Below are positions 52,301-64,000 of a stretch of 64,000 bases of DNA, in pieces. Origin of the DNA: Bugula neritina (taxonomy: Eukaryota > Animalia > Bryozoa); contig OZ037768.1 of the NCBI GenBank assembly GCA_964035545.1, positions 12,308,741 through 12,372,740 on the forward strand, in the 5' to 3' direction. Position numbers and translations under genes: made by a program. Within the stretch, counting starts at the first letter, position 1. The number at the start of each line of letters is the position of its first letter. Below the pieces are notes generated by a model. That model saw only the letters and a program-made list of their open reading frames with translations, was not told where the DNA came from and made no database searches.

Positions 52301-52612
52301 ATATGTAAGATAATTTAGTAAACAAAAGAATTTTCTTAATCATCAAACATATTCGTATTACACGCACAAACATGAACACACACATAGTTACAAACTTATT
52401 GTTGTCACCAGGTGGATATCGCCACTGATGCCGAGTCATCCAACGAAGGTGGTCCGGCAGATGAACCCCAAGTTGGCAACAAAGTATATCGAACAGTGAG
52501 ACAAAGAATGTCTGCCAGGCGAACCGCCTCATTTCATCACGGCCAAAGACGTCGCATCCAAAGAAGGTCATCCATGGAGCTGGCTAAGACACCAAGGTTT
52601 CATGATATCTAA
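34354..52612 (+). CDS. CHS: Chitin synthase (metazoan type, GT2), about 1839 aa, no myosin motor domain
   Basis: 30 phase-consistent exons: 34354-34391, 35708-35827, 36931-37125, 37644-37805, 38324-38528, 38969-39169, 40572-40743, 41220-41396, 41616-41702, 42080-42259, 42756-42966, 43729-43882, 44309-44512, 44827-45020, 45178-45296, 45599-45838, 45987-46243, 46624-46821, 47112-47247, 47493-47693, 48058-48245, 48437-48985, 49328-49548, 49786-49882, 50384-50587, 50876-50978, 51093-51182, 51514-51626, 51936-52238, 52412-52612. Motifs: WDIF, ATMWHET, KIRHKKRWSQVMYMYYLLG, LDGDVDF, QMFEYACGHW, QYDQGEDRW, QRRRW, SWGTRE, HRWGT. The start exon is less certain (an alternative in-frame ATG is at 35769). 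Confidence 0.95.
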
Positions 52613-53190
52613 GAAAACTTTGTGTTACCAAAGCAACATATCAACTGCTATTTGGAAGCTAGACTTTAGACTTCTGATTATATTTTTCATTGAAAAATGT
52701 CATGTTTGCCATTGTTGGTGCTTGGGATAAATATACTATTTTGGTCATAAGTTAAATGGGGTTTTACTTTTTTACCTTTATACTATTACAATAAACAGAT
52801 GTAAAAAATTTGTTTTTAGTTAGTTTTTTATTATTTGTTTACAGCATTAATATTTTTGTTTGAGCATGTGCAAATCAAATCAAATTTGGTATTTATTAAT
52901 AAAAACGTGAAAGTAAATAATAATCTTATAGCAAAATTATTAGCAAAATAGTGAACTTTGGCAATCACGTTATGTAACCCTCATTTGCATAAAGCATTCC
53001 TATTTGTAATAAATATGCTGTAGATGCACGTAAAATATTTCGTCTAATGTGCTGCTCACACATGTTTTAAATATGTAATTCAAAAAATATAATCTCGTTG
53101 AAATATTATGCTGCATACATAATAGAAAGTAAAATAATTATATTTAAAAATGTATAAAAATGTAGGCAAGTTTGTAAATGCATGTAATGG

Positions 53191-63625
<10,435 letters not shown>

Positions 63626-64000
63626 CTGAAATACATTGAAATTATAATATAAGATTGTGTTGCTAAAAGAGTGCAGCTTGGAGAAATAGTTCAAGAAGAT
63701 GCTGCACACCTCATATCTGGAATAAAGCAAAGCAACTGCGTTATAGACTTGGTTGAAATTCCTGTATTATCAATTTAGTAGTTGTTACTTTGATATGGAA
63801 TTTGTTACATGTTATGTAAATACTTCTTCCAATTTGGACACATTACCTCTTATATGAATAGTAGAATAGAGGAAATGGCTACTACTTCAATACTTGAAAA
63901 TCATTTCGAAAATGGGAATTAATGCTTTCAAAGTTTTTCTATTAGTACAGGCATATGGATTGTAAGTTAACACATGGACATTCTTATTTCCTGCATTAGA

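Noticed and set aside
63690-63780. Additional upstream TRPV exon
   Set aside because: The candidate donor gives a stop in the required phase.

Overview
AT-rich, intron-dense animal genomic DNA. It is an invertebrate, probably a lophotrochozoan (inferred from gene content, not verified). From left to right: (1) the GC-rich 3' end of an apparently young Ty3/Gypsy LTR retrotransposon (integrase tail, an extra gene, PPT, 3' LTR) inserted antisense in an intron of (2) a pancreatic-lipase-family gene (- strand, 3' part outside the window); (3) a complete SETDB1/eggless H3K9 methyltransferase gene (+, 23 coding exons, about 997 aa); (4) a complete chitin synthase gene (+, 30 coding exons, about 1839 aa); (5) an OSM-9/Inactive-like TRPV channel gene (-, 5' end outside the window). 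Several MITE/foldback elements, tRNA-like repeats and long simple repeats are also present. The most interesting signal is in the retrotransposon. Where env would sit, it carries a two-exon gene with a canonical sense-strand spliceosomal intron (826-850 joined to 1116-1903). The gene encodes a 270-aa protein with tandem zinc fingers, an Arg/Ser-Pro-rich basic segment and a C-terminal coiled coil. This is a candidate regulatory accessory gene reminiscent of complex retroviruses. All exon structures were read by hand from splice sites and frame continuity. No database searches were run, and family comparisons are from memory.
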